From the NCBI GenBank assembly GCA_966212235.1, contig CBIHPP010000002.1, positions 291,499 through 355,498 on the forward strand: a DNA stretch of 64,000 nucleotides, written 5' to 3'. Positions 10,312 through 19,852 of this stretch are shown in pieces; positions within the stretch are counted from its first letter, which is position 1; each line of letters opens with the position of its first letter. The translations under genes were made by a program, and so were the position numbers. The DNA is from an uncultured Niastella sp. Lineage in GTDB: Bacteria > Bacteroidota > Bacteroidia > Chitinophagales > Chitinophagaceae. A model generated the notes under the pieces. The model was not told the origin of the DNA, made no database searches, and saw only the letters and a list, made by a program, of their open reading frames with translations.

Positions 10312-10575
10312 ATGAAAAAAATTAAGGTTATATTAAATTCTATTGCCATTACTATTGCTATTGCCGGTGCTTTTGCTACCCGTTTTTGTATGCAAAATGA
10401 CCAAACCCAATATATTCCGGTAAAGGATACTTATACACCAGTTGGTGATTTTGGTACTGACTATAACTGCTTTGATTCTCAAAATGTATGTACGTTCATT
10501 CTTCCAGATTCAGTTGCCCGCCCCAAAGAATTTTTACCATATCGCAAAGGACAGTTTGTGCCAATAAAGAAATAG
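10312..10575 (+). CDS. Small secreted Cys-containing protein (DUF6520-like), paralogue 1
   Basis: Signal peptide ending AGAFA; C-x6-C core; clear similarity to 11819..12079. Confidence 0.8.
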   Translation: MKKIKVILNSIAITIAIAGAFATRFCMQNDQTQYIPVKDTYTPVGDFGTDYNCFDSQNVCTFILPDSVARPKEFLPYRKGQFVPIKK

Positions 10576-11234
10576 TTCTGTTTGCAGCGCAAAAATTTTA
10601 TTTTGAAATAATACATAAAGGCCTAATCGAAAACATGTAGCAAAGCGTACATGAATACATGTATAAATAACCTTTAATCTGAGAGAGGAAAGAGAAAAAT
10701 TAGCTACCATCGTTTTATAGTAAATTTTTCATTAAAAAAGCAGGTCGTCTTAAATGGCCGATTTTTTGTAGTTTGATGGCTGCAAGGCGAGCGTTTTGTC
10801 GCTAAAGTGCATTAGCAGTATATTTTGATGGTAATTCACCCTAAAATTGAATAATAAATGAATGGGATTTTCCCAAAGTTTATTCCCACCATTAAACGAA
10901 CTATAAAAAAATGTAATAAGTATGTTTCGCTAAACCAGATTCACAATTGTGCAATAAATATTTAAACAATTTGTTTTAAGTAAGAATATTTTTTGCATAA
11001 ATTGTAAAGTAGATTTTAGTTTTTTAAATAAGCTAAAAATAACTGATATAAATTTTTGAACATAGTCTTTTAGTATTTAACTTTAAGTTCTACCATCGCC
11101 CTCAATTCTACCAAATCTGCCTTATCCCCCTTAATGCCTTATTCTAATCTACCATCTAACGTATAGCAGGATCAGTGAATTTTGGGATGCTTCCATTCAT
11201 CAATAACTGTTGCCCCTTATAACCCTTTCATATT

Positions 11235-11666
11235 ATGAAAAGAAAGATAATTATTGAAATAATATCTTCCTTATTGATATTGCTTTTTTTGTATGCAAGC
11301 GTTAGCAAATGGCTTGCTTTTAAACTTTTTATTGGTGAAATGAATAACCAGCCCTTTCCAAACTGGATTACCCCATTCCTGGTATGGAGTATTCCATTTA
11401 TTGAAGTATTGATTGCCGTTGGATTGATATTTGAGAAAACCAGAGTACCTGCATTATATGCGTCCTTGTTTCTGATGCTGGCATTTACGGTATATACAGT
11501 GGCTATATTGTTACATGCGTTTAAATATATACCCTGTTCCTGTGGTGGAGTAATCCGAAAGCTCACCTGGCCTCAGCATCTTTTCTTTAATTTATTTTTT
11601 GTAGGGATTTCAATACTGGGCATCATGCTTAAGAAGCGTGTTCCTGTTCATGCTGTAGACATATAA
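11235..11666 (+). CDS. MauE/DoxX family redox-associated membrane protein
   Basis: Four hydrophobic helices; LFLYASVSK, IPFIEVLIA and IPCSCGGV motifs. Confidence 0.88.
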   Translation: MKRKIIIEIISSLLILLFLYASVSKWLAFKLFIGEMNNQPFPNWITPFLVWSIPFIEVLIAVGLIFEKTRVPALYASLFLMLAFTVYTVAILLHAFKYIPCSCGGVIRKLTWPQHLFFNLFFVGISILGIMLKKRVPVHAVDI

Positions 11667-11818
11667 AATGGCACAGATCAAATACGAATAACTTTTTCCC
11701 GTTTTAGCTGCGTCACTTATTCCGGAGTAAGTGTACACCTATGTAACGGGTAAGGGTAAGCCGAAAACCTGAATAATAGAGTAGGCACAACACGTCAACC
11801 ATTAATGTAAGGACAAGT

Positions 11819-12079
11819 ATGAACAAAGTTAAACTGGCTTTTATTGCTATAGCAATTCTAACTGCGGTTGGTGGCGCTTTTGCTACCAATTCCTGTGTTC
11901 AATGTGAACACTCGACTCAATATTATTATAATGGAATTGGTTATGTTGAAGTTGGTGAGTATGGAGCGGATTTTGATTGTTTTGTTACCGGCGGTACCTG
12001 CACCTATTACAAACCTGATCCTATTGGGCAACCCAATGTATATGCTCCCTGTCATCTAGGGGCGTATGTGCCGTTGTAA
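11819..12079 (+). CDS. Small secreted Cys-rich protein (DUF6520-like), paralogue 2
   Basis: Signal peptide ending GGAFA; five Cys; TQY..VG..G.D..C-x6-CT..PD pattern shared with paralogue 1. Confidence 0.8.
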   Translation: MNKVKLAFIAIAILTAVGGAFATNSCVQCEHSTQYYYNGIGYVEVGEYGADFDCFVTGGTCTYYKPDPIGQPNVYAPCHLGAYVPL

Positions 12080-12169
12080 TCGTACTAAAGCTCTGTTTAA
12101 TTGATTAAACAAATGTTATTGCATTTGTATTCCCAATCAATTATAAAAAGTAAAAAAACATTCCTATAG

Positions 12170-12199
12170 GCCGGTCATTTATTTAATGGCCGGCTTTTT
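12170..12199 (+). terminator. Intrinsic terminator between the convergent DUF6520-like and SusD genes
   Basis: GCCGGTCATT-tattt-AATGGCCGGC followed by T5. Confidence 0.75.
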
Positions 12200-13562
12200 A
12201 TTTAGGTCTTTCGTTTTGTTTATACTGTCCCATTACAACTGCATCCGGTGGAATTGGTAAGGCATAAAGTGGACTATTAACCGGTAATTCAAAATCCTGG
12301 TTGTTGAAGCTCCGTTTTGGCTTTATATTGGCATTTTCCAGGTTCAGGCGACGAATATCCGTCCACCGAATGCCCCGGCAGGGCATTTCCTTACGTCTTT
12401 CAATCAGTATTGTATTTAATGCCTGTTCCTGTGTAGATGCAGTAAATGGAACAAAGGTCCCTGTTTTCCACCTTTGTATCAGCAAGGTATTCAGGTCCTG
12501 CATAGCGTCATTTAAATTGCCGGCCCGCGCCCGGCATTCTGCCCGTATCAAATGGGTTTCATCGGTTGCCAGTCCGGTAAAAGCCTGTATCAGGCCGGTA
12601 TAACTTCCTTTAAAATTAATTCTACCCGGGTTTACCAAAAAGAATAGGGTACGCCGCAGATCGTTCATTGCATAAGAGTTATATAATGTGGAATCAACGG
12701 CTCCATAACCTAATACGCCTTTAAGCACATTGGTTTCAACAAACTTGCTTTGGTACATGGTTTCTACATTCGTCTTGTCAAAGGGTCTAGGTAAACTCGC
12801 ATCTCTCGTATTATAATCTATCAGTGCTCTATACAGTTGTAAACTGCTGTCTGCATAGGCTCCTGCTTTATCATACTGGCGCATGCTTAAATATACCCTG
12901 GCCAGCTGGGCAAAGGCAGCCGGTTTATTGGGGCGGGTTCTATAACCGGTTATAGAGTCTGCTAAAAGTGTTTTTGCTTCTTGCAAGTCGATTATAATTT
13001 GCGTATAGGTTTGCTCAAGCGTTGAACGCTTTATTGATTCATCTACATTAGGTGTTAATTTTAACGGAATACCCAGGTCTTCATTCGCCGTGGAGGCATT
13101 ATAAGGTAGAGCAAATACCTGGGCCAGGTTGTAAAAAGCGTAGGCCCTTGTAAACAAGGCAGATCCCTTTATGTTATTCCATTGTTGCCAGTTATCTTGT
13201 GTAATTGTCACTTTTTTCAGCTCATCCAGCACCACATTGGCATACAATACCTGTTGATAAGGAGTATTCCAGTCTGAAACATTACCTTCTCCTTTAAAAA
13301 TATCAGAAGCCCATATGTATGCATTTTGTTCTTTTGTGCCGAGATTTTGCCATAAAGATTGGAGAAGATGATAATTATCCGCAGATAATTCGCCCAATAC
13401 AGGGGTTAAATTTAGAGCAGCATCATTGTCGAGCAACGCCTGAAAATCTTCCAGGGTCGTTGGCACAAACAGGTCCGACTTGGGTCTTTCATCCAGAAAT
13501 TCCTTTTTGCTACAGCTTAAAATACTAAAAAGAAATACAGATATGTACAAGCATACTTTCAT
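12198..13562 (-). CDS. RagB/SusD family lipoprotein
   Basis: Lipobox ILSC; RPNKPAAFAQLARVYL and ERRKE...RWTDIRRLN motifs; follows SusC. Confidence 0.93.
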   Translation of the reverse strand: MKVCLYISVFLFSILSCSKKEFLDERPKSDLFVPTTLEDFQALLDNDAALNLTPVLGELSADNYHLLQSLWQNLGTKEQNAYIWASDIFKGEGNVSDWNTPYQQVLYANVVLDELKKVTITQDNWQQWNNIKGSALFTRAYAFYNLAQVFALPYNASTANEDLGIPLKLTPNVDESIKRSTLEQTYTQIIIDLQEAKTLLADSITGYRTRPNKPAAFAQLARVYLSMRQYDKAGAYADSSLQLYRALIDYNTRDASLPRPFDKTNVETMYQSKFVETNVLKGVLGYGAVDSTLYNSYAMNDLRRTLFFLVNPGRINFKGSYTGLIQAFTGLATDETHLIRAECRARAGNLNDAMQDLNTLLIQRWKTGTFVPFTASTQEQALNTILIERRKEMPCRGIRWTDIRRLNLENANIKPKRSFNNQDFELPVNSPLYALPIPPDAVVMGQYKQNERPK

Positions 13563-13579
13563 TAGAAAAGGTTTTCTGC

Positions 13580-16500
13580 TTAAAAATCAATTTTTAACCC
13601 TACTGCAATCGTTCTGGGATTGGGTGTTCCTGAAATAAAATCTGGATCTATTCCGTTATTATTGGCTTTCCAAAGAATTCCCAGGTTATTAGCATAGATA
13701 TATACCCGGAGCTGGTTCATAGGCAACCATTTTGTATTGTTTTTGTCCATTTGATAACTCAACTGAATATCCTGTAACCTTATGTGATCACCCTTTTCAA
13801 TCAGTACATCTGAGTATTTATAAAAAGTGCTTCGGCTAGCACCGGAGTTATAAATTATGGATGGTACGGATGTATAATTCTCGTCCCCGGGATTTTGCCA
13901 TCTCAATGCATAATCAGAATGCCCTGGTGCCCCGTTACTAAACAGATCAAAATAATTGATAGAATTTCTTCTGAAATAATACCCCATTTTATAGGTAATG
14001 GTAAAGGACAACTCCAGTTGTTTATAGCTGAAATTATTTCTCAGGCTACCAAAATATGTGGGATTCGCAGGGCCTCTATATAATAAGTCAGAAATATCTG
14101 CAGAGTTTGTAATATCGCTATAATTAGTACTTTCTTTTTTATTAAATAAACCTTGCGGATCGCCAGTTTTTGGATCCAGGCCCATCCATTTAAAGCTGAA
14201 AATGGAATAAAGTGGTTTACCTTCTATGGGGCTCAGGAATTGCGGATCGCAATAATACCAGATGGGGCTGCTTTGTTGCAGTTTGTAACTGGTTAATTTA
14301 TCTGTATTATAGCTTAACAGAAAAGTAGTGTGCCATTTAAAACGTTTATTGATATTTTTCGAACGGAGTATAATATCCACTCCTTTTCCCTTCATATCAG
14401 CAGTATTACCACGAAATAAAGAAACGCCGGTAGTAGGGTCCATTGGACTATTGCCGATCAGATCGGTTCCCTTTCGGGTATAATACTCGAGGCTGCCTTC
14501 AATAACACAATTCTTTAAGGCGAAATCAATCCCGAAATTGACCATATGATTTTTTTCCCAGCGCAACGAAGGGTTCGGCGGATTTACGATAGAGGCTGGT
14601 AGTAAATTCCAATTATTTATCGCATCATTACGCACTGTTGTATAGGCTGATACCGTTTTATCAACATTGCCTTTGTATCCATTTGAAACCCGCAACTTCA
14701 GATAAGGCAACCAACCAATATGATAAAAGTTTTCCTGGCTCATATCCCAACTGGCGCCTACAGACCATAAGGGTACCCCTTTCTGGTTCGTGCTTACGCC
14801 AAACAGGTTCGATTCATCCTTGCGAACACTACCAGATAATACATATCGCCTTTGAAAAATGTATTTGGCATTTAGGTAGTAAGATATGTATCGGTCAGTT
14901 TCGTTTCTATTGAGGTTTTTGAAATCTATTTTTCTGGAGATAAAAGGTGCATAATACAGCGGGAAAGCACTGTCGTAGTTGACAATGTTGGTGGTTGGCA
15001 TATCTTTATTGTACCCGTATAAGCGAAGTGTTTCAAGAAAGGTTTTTATTCCCCTTACTTCTGCGCCTGCCATGGCCATGATCTGGTGATGTTTGCTTTG
15101 TTTGTGATTGTACCAACTACGGTCATAATTAATTTGAAATCGTGTATTGTGTGCTTCGTACTTGATGGCGCTCTGATCTAAGATCCCGCCCAATGGAACA
15201 CGCCTCACAACCTGGCCGGAACTAGTATCTGTAAACTGGTTAATATAATTCCGGGTATAATAGGTTTGCTGGCTTTTATAATCTTCCTGTTCAATATATC
15301 CCTTATTGTATTGGTAATAGATAGTAGCGTTTAGCCCTTTTAAGATCGTATATTTTGCATCGGTATTGATCCGGTAATCTGTTGTTTTTGTACTGTTGTC
15401 ACTATACTTAAGTTCGTTATACGGTTTGTAATCCCAATCCAGCACCGCTTTGCCGGCAGTATCTTTATATGGTTGCCTTAAGTCTCGCGATACTGTTAAT
15501 CCGTTTCCCAAGTCATCAACCAGATCGGAATACGGGTATATAATATTTGACGATTCAGTGTTATTGTTTCGTGCTCTTGATTCTGTATAAATAATACCGG
15601 TATTGAGCTCCAGTTTCTTTTTCAACCACGAAAATGAATTATTCGCTGTCAGGGTTAAGCGGTCAAACTGGTTTCTAACCAGGTTATCCAGGTTTTTATC
15701 GTAACCTAAGGATAAGTAATAATTATTATTACTACTGCCGCCGCTGGCGTTTAAGGCATATTGTTGATTAACACTGTTGCGGTAGAAGTATTTCTCCAGA
15801 TCTTTTCTTTTATCCTGGCCTCTTAACTCATTTAACTGTTCTTCGGCTTCAGTAGATGAGATCACTCTTTTCTTTTCCTTGTACATTATTTCCACCGCTG
15901 GTGATAGTACATCCCGCTTGGGGGATGTTTCTTTATTATCATAAAAACCTTGGCTAAATAAGAACCTTTCAACATCGATATAATCTGAAGAGCTCAATAT
16001 CGGTTTATAATACAGATCAGGCTTTTGTCCTACCGTAACATTGCTATTTATCGATAACTTAAGAGGCTGGTTAAACTTGCCTTTTTTAGTAGTTATAACA
16101 ATAACACCATTACCAGAATATGCGCCCCAGATAGAGGCGGCATCCGCATCTTTTAAAACTGTTATGCTTTCTACATCATTGGGGTTAATATTATTGATAT
16201 CGCCTGCGTAGGGAAAATTATCAACTACAATTAACGGGTTGGGGTTGGCATAAATGGTGGTTCGGCCTCTGATGGAGAGGTTCGACTGGTTTGTGGCCGG
16301 ATTTACATTCTTATTAAATATCAACCCACTGGTGATGCCCTCTAACCGGTCGAGGATATTGGTAGAAACACGGCGGTTGACCAGTTCATTATCGATCTTC
16401 ACAAATGAGCCCGGCGATTTATCTTTCGATATCTTCTGGTAACCGGTAGAAACTACCTGAATCTTATTCAGTTCGCTGATATGTTGTTTTAGCTGGATAT

Positions 16501-17032
16501 TTAATTCCGGTTCGCCCTGCCAGCTAGCTTCTTCGGGTTCATAATTGATACTGGTAACAACAATGTTTATATCAATTTCACTAACGTCATTCAGTCTGAA
16601 TTCGCCATTTTCGTTGGTGCTGGTTTGCTGGTTGCTGCCTTTCACCGTAATGGTAGCGCCTGGTACAGGTTCGCCCTGTTCATTAATGATCTTGCCCTTA
16701 ATGTTTGCCTGTTTGGTAGCGGTATTTGTTTGTTTACCTCTGGGGATGATGGTTATAGCCTTGTCTATAATGGTATAGGTGCAGGTCTGATATTTAAAAT
16801 ATTCATCAAGCAGTTCTTCAACAGTTCCATTGGTGATATGAATGCTTACAGGCTTTAATTTGGCTGAGATGGAATTCGAGTTGAATATGGTATAACCCAC
16901 CTGCTTTTCCAATACTTTGCGGATATCGCTAATGGTTGCATTCTTTTTTGAGAATGTGATCTGTGCAAGTGTGGATACACTCAGTAGTATACAAGCAATG
17001 ATTAGAAAAGCAGTTATGTGTTTCATAATCAA
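13580..17032 (-). CDS. SusC/RagA TonB-dependent transporter with N-terminal STN (signalling) extension
   Basis: STN and carboxypeptidase-regulatory-like domains; plug motif INPNDVESITVLKDADAASIWG...NGVIVITTKKG; NPSLRWEK; C-terminal Phe. Confidence 0.95.
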   Translation of the reverse strand: MIMKHITAFLIIACILLSVSTLAQITFSKKNATISDIRKVLEKQVGYTIFNSNSISAKLKPVSIHITNGTVEELLDEYFKYQTCTYTIIDKAITIIPRGKQTNTATKQANIKGKIINEQGEPVPGATITVKGSNQQTSTNENGEFRLNDVSEIDINIVVTSINYEPEEASWQGEPELNIQLKQHISELNKIQVVSTGYQKISKDKSPGSFVKIDNELVNRRVSTNILDRLEGITSGLIFNKNVNPATNQSNLSIRGRTTIYANPNPLIVVDNFPYAGDINNINPNDVESITVLKDADAASIWGAYSGNGVIVITTKKGKFNQPLKLSINSNVTVGQKPDLYYKPILSSSDYIDVERFLFSQGFYDNKETSPKRDVLSPAVEIMYKEKKRVISSTEAEEQLNELRGQDKRKDLEKYFYRNSVNQQYALNASGGSSNNNYYLSLGYDKNLDNLVRNQFDRLTLTANNSFSWLKKKLELNTGIIYTESRARNNNTESSNIIYPYSDLVDDLGNGLTVSRDLRQPYKDTAGKAVLDWDYKPYNELKYSDNSTKTTDYRINTDAKYTILKGLNATIYYQYNKGYIEQEDYKSQQTYYTRNYINQFTDTSSGQVVRRVPLGGILDQSAIKYEAHNTRFQINYDRSWYNHKQSKHHQIMAMAGAEVRGIKTFLETLRLYGYNKDMPTTNIVNYDSAFPLYYAPFISRKIDFKNLNRNETDRYISYYLNAKYIFQRRYVLSGSVRKDESNLFGVSTNQKGVPLWSVGASWDMSQENFYHIGWLPYLKLRVSNGYKGNVDKTVSAYTTVRNDAINNWNLLPASIVNPPNPSLRWEKNHMVNFGIDFALKNCVIEGSLEYYTRKGTDLIGNSPMDPTTGVSLFRGNTADMKGKGVDIILRSKNINKRFKWHTTFLLSYNTDKLTSYKLQQSSPIWYYCDPQFLSPIEGKPLYSIFSFKWMGLDPKTGDPQGLFNKKESTNYSDITNSADISDLLYRGPANPTYFGSLRNNFSYKQLELSFTITYKMGYYFRRNSINYFDLFSNGAPGHSDYALRWQNPGDENYTSVPSIIYNSGASRSTFYKYSDVLIEKGDHIRLQDIQLSYQMDKNNTKWLPMNQLRVYIYANNLGILWKANNNGIDPDFISGTPNPRTIAVGLKIDF

Positions 17033-17230
17033 AACCCCTCCTTGCGAATACTAAGTGACAGTACCCCTTGCTTTGAGACCTTTATTTTGTGTAAAAATAA
17101 AAATAGTCAACCGCATTCCCGCACAATCGGAAAAAAGTTGACTAAATACACCTTTTCGCAATTAAGGCGACCATCTTTAGTATCCGGCTAATAAAATTAC
17201 ACTTTAGCCTTGAAGGTAGGGAGAAATATT

Positions 17231-17294
17231 ACAAAAAAAAATTAAGCCACCGTACTGCAACCATGAGCTTGAAGGCTCATGGTCGCAGGGTAGC
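17231..17294 (-). terminator. Sense-strand terminator between fecR and susC
   Basis: On the minus strand CTGCGACCATGAGC/GCTCATGGTTGCAG stem (one G-U pair) followed by TTAATTTTTTTTT. Confidence 0.65.
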
Positions 17295-17420
17295 TTTTTA
17301 GCTCAACACTGCTCATAATGTACCATGGAAGAACAGTGTTAGATGTGGTTTAATGATTAACGGAAATATTATTACAGCTTTTAGAAGTAGGTATTACTTG
17401 TGCTATTAATTAATTGATAG

Positions 17421-18713
17421 TTATGATGTTACTATAATAGTTCTATCCTTTTCGTTTAATCGCGCCTTTATATTATTGGCATTCAGCAGTTTTATAATGT
17501 TTCCAATGGTAGCGGCACGGGGAAGCTTACCCTCAAAAGAAACATCGGGCTTTTTCCCTTCGTATTTAATATTTACGTCATACCAACGGGATATTTGACG
17601 TAATGTATATTCAATATCAGGACCGCCGACCGGAATAAATCCGCTTGTCCATCCAACTACATCCTCTGCATCAACATTTTGAACCATTATATTTCCTTCT
17701 TTCAGCTTGGCCTGTTCGCCGGGCCGGATAGTTTGGAAATTATTTCCGGATGTCACTTTTACTTTCCCTTCTATTAAGGTCGTTTTAATTGTCCCTTCTT
17801 CCGAATAAGCCATTACGTTAAAATGCGTTCCCAATACTTCCACCTCATTCTTATTCCCGGCCGGGGTGTTTATTTTAACGATAAATGGTGTTTTGGCAAT
17901 TTTTCCTTTACGGCCAGCTACATCTTTACTTGTTGTATTCTGTTCCTGAGGATTTACTTCAAAATAAGCTTCGCCGGTGAGTTCAACAATTCGCTCGTTC
18001 CCGGCGAAGGCTATAGGAAAACGCAATGATGAAGCCGCATTCAACCATACTTTACTTCCGTCAGGTAAAGTAATCTGGTATTCGCCTCCCCTTGGGGTGG
18101 TAACTGTGTTGTATAAATCCTGCCCAATTGAAGAGTTTTTAGCATCCGGCTTCTTGTTATATATTAACCGTCCATCAGTCTTGGTTATCTGTGCCTGACC
18201 CTGATCTGCTACATTTCCGTTCTGCAAATTGGTTAGTACAATTGCTGATCCATTGGCCAGGGTCAATATGGCTTTATTACTACCGGGAACGATCTGGCTC
18301 GTTATTCCGGCCTTGTTACTATCTGTTTTAGCAGTTTTATTTTGAGATGACTGGCTGTAATAATACCAGGTACCAGCAGAAATAAGCAAAATAACAGAGG
18401 CTGCCGCTGCAATTTTGCCAAATGGTATTCTGAACGATTTCTTTTCAGGGTACAGGTCCAGTAATTTGGCTCCTTCCAGTTCGGCTTCATTAATTTTTTG
18501 CAGCGTCTTTTGCCAAATAGCTTCGCTATCAGTGCTTGCATAGATCTTCAATTTTTCCCGCAAAACATCTTTATCGGTGATCTGCTGAAAAAATGAATTA
18601 TTATGCTCAGCTTCCGCTAACCATTCTTTAAGTTCCCCTTCTTCCTCTGGACTTAACCTCTCCTCCAGGAACTTTTCGATCAGACTTGTGATTCTATTTA
18701 CCTTTTCCTGCAT
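17421..18713 (-). CDS. FecR family anti-sigma factor
   Basis: N-terminal EEEGELKEW, a TM helix, TPRGGEYQITLPDGSKVWLNAASSL, VEVLGTHFNV. Confidence 0.95.
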   Translation of the reverse strand: MQEKVNRITSLIEKFLEERLSPEEEGELKEWLAEAEHNNSFFQQITDKDVLREKLKIYASTDSEAIWQKTLQKINEAELEGAKLLDLYPEKKSFRIPFGKIAAAASVILLISAGTWYYYSQSSQNKTAKTDSNKAGITSQIVPGSNKAILTLANGSAIVLTNLQNGNVADQGQAQITKTDGRLIYNKKPDAKNSSIGQDLYNTVTTPRGGEYQITLPDGSKVWLNAASSLRFPIAFAGNERIVELTGEAYFEVNPQEQNTTSKDVAGRKGKIAKTPFIVKINTPAGNKNEVEVLGTHFNVMAYSEEGTIKTTLIEGKVKVTSGNNFQTIRPGEQAKLKEGNIMVQNVDAEDVVGWTSGFIPVGGPDIEYTLRQISRWYDVNIKYEGKKPDVSFEGKLPRAATIGNIIKLLNANNIKARLNEKDRTIIVTS

Positions 18714-18836
18714 AGTTAATGGTATTTAAAACTTGAAAGTCACCTAACTCTCTGAGCCTTTAAAACCTTACTTATATAAAAACAACCAAAGGAGGTTTTT
18801 GACAAAAAAAATTTAAAAAATAAATAAAGGTGTTGG

Positions 18837-19484
18837 TTATTCAGCACATATAGGGGAAACTACTATGTTTTCGATCATCCGACCGTATTTTTGCTTATTT
18901 GCTGTTGAGCCGTTTAAGCAAAAGCTTATAAATACGGCTACAAGTAATCTTTTTTTCAGCAGTTGAAGGGCGCGCCTTTTCTGATTTAATACATTCCGCG
19001 GCGTAATATGTAGTTTTTCGGCTACCTCATCGGTACTGGCATCTTCAAAATAGATCAGTTTAAAAATTGTTTTGCATTTATTGGGCAGGGTTTCGATCAT
19101 GGGATAGATCATTCTTAAAAGCTCGCCCTCTATCATATCGGTAATAACATCCTGATCGTCTTTGTCTCTCTGGAGATACGACAATTCACTTTGTGAGGCT
19201 GTTTTTCTTTGTATATGCCTCAGGTAGTTGAGGCTTGCGTTGCGGGTGGTAACAAATAAAAATGCTTTTATGTGTTCTTCGGTCTGAAAAACATCATGAC
19301 GTTGCCATAGTTTTGTAAAGGATTCAGAAACAATATCTTCTGCCTGTTCTTTGTCCTTTACCAGTTGTATGGCGCAAGTAAAAAGTAGTCTGTTGTAGTT
19401 CTCGAAAATAACCTGAAAGGCCCTACTATTCCCTTGATTAAATGCTGTAAGCCAATCATCCTTTTCCAAAAATTGCTTCTTCAT
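18837..19484 (-). CDS. ECF RNA polymerase sigma-70 factor
   Basis: AEDIVSESFTKLW, KAFLFVTTRNASLNYLR; region 4 LPNKCKTIF...EVAEKLHI. Confidence 0.93.
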   Translation of the reverse strand: MKKQFLEKDDWLTAFNQGNSRAFQVIFENYNRLLFTCAIQLVKDKEQAEDIVSESFTKLWQRHDVFQTEEHIKAFLFVTTRNASLNYLRHIQRKTASQSELSYLQRDKDDQDVITDMIEGELLRMIYPMIETLPNKCKTIFKLIYFEDASTDEVAEKLHITPRNVLNQKRRALQLLKKRLLVAVFISFCLNGSTANKQKYGRMIENIVVSPICAE

Positions 19485-19852
19485 CGGGTTTCAATTTATG
19501 ATCATCTTATTATCGGGAACCTTTAGTTTGTAACATATCTTTATGAAACTCCGGTCCATTAACCGAAAGTTTATAATGATAAGGTTAGTGACTATCAATA
19601 AATTGCTGGTACAGGAATAACGATCCAGTTTCAAATAACGGAGGTTGCTATAATCAGAGTAGTCGTGGAACCAGAAAAGCGCGTTACCTGCCCATCCTTA
19701 AAGACAGCCAACGGCGGGATGCAAGTTTACAAAAATATATTAAAAAATCGCTTAAGTGTTTTTTCTAAGGGCGGATAAGTAATTCACCTGATTTCGCCAG
19801 TGAAAAAAACGGAACTGTTCATTGTCATCAAAAAGTAAAAATTTTAGGGAGG

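Noticed and set aside
11760-11786. Hammerhead ribozyme (GAAA and CTGA words)
   Set aside because: Core elements are in the wrong order and the three stems are missing; kept only as an unnamed candidate RNA
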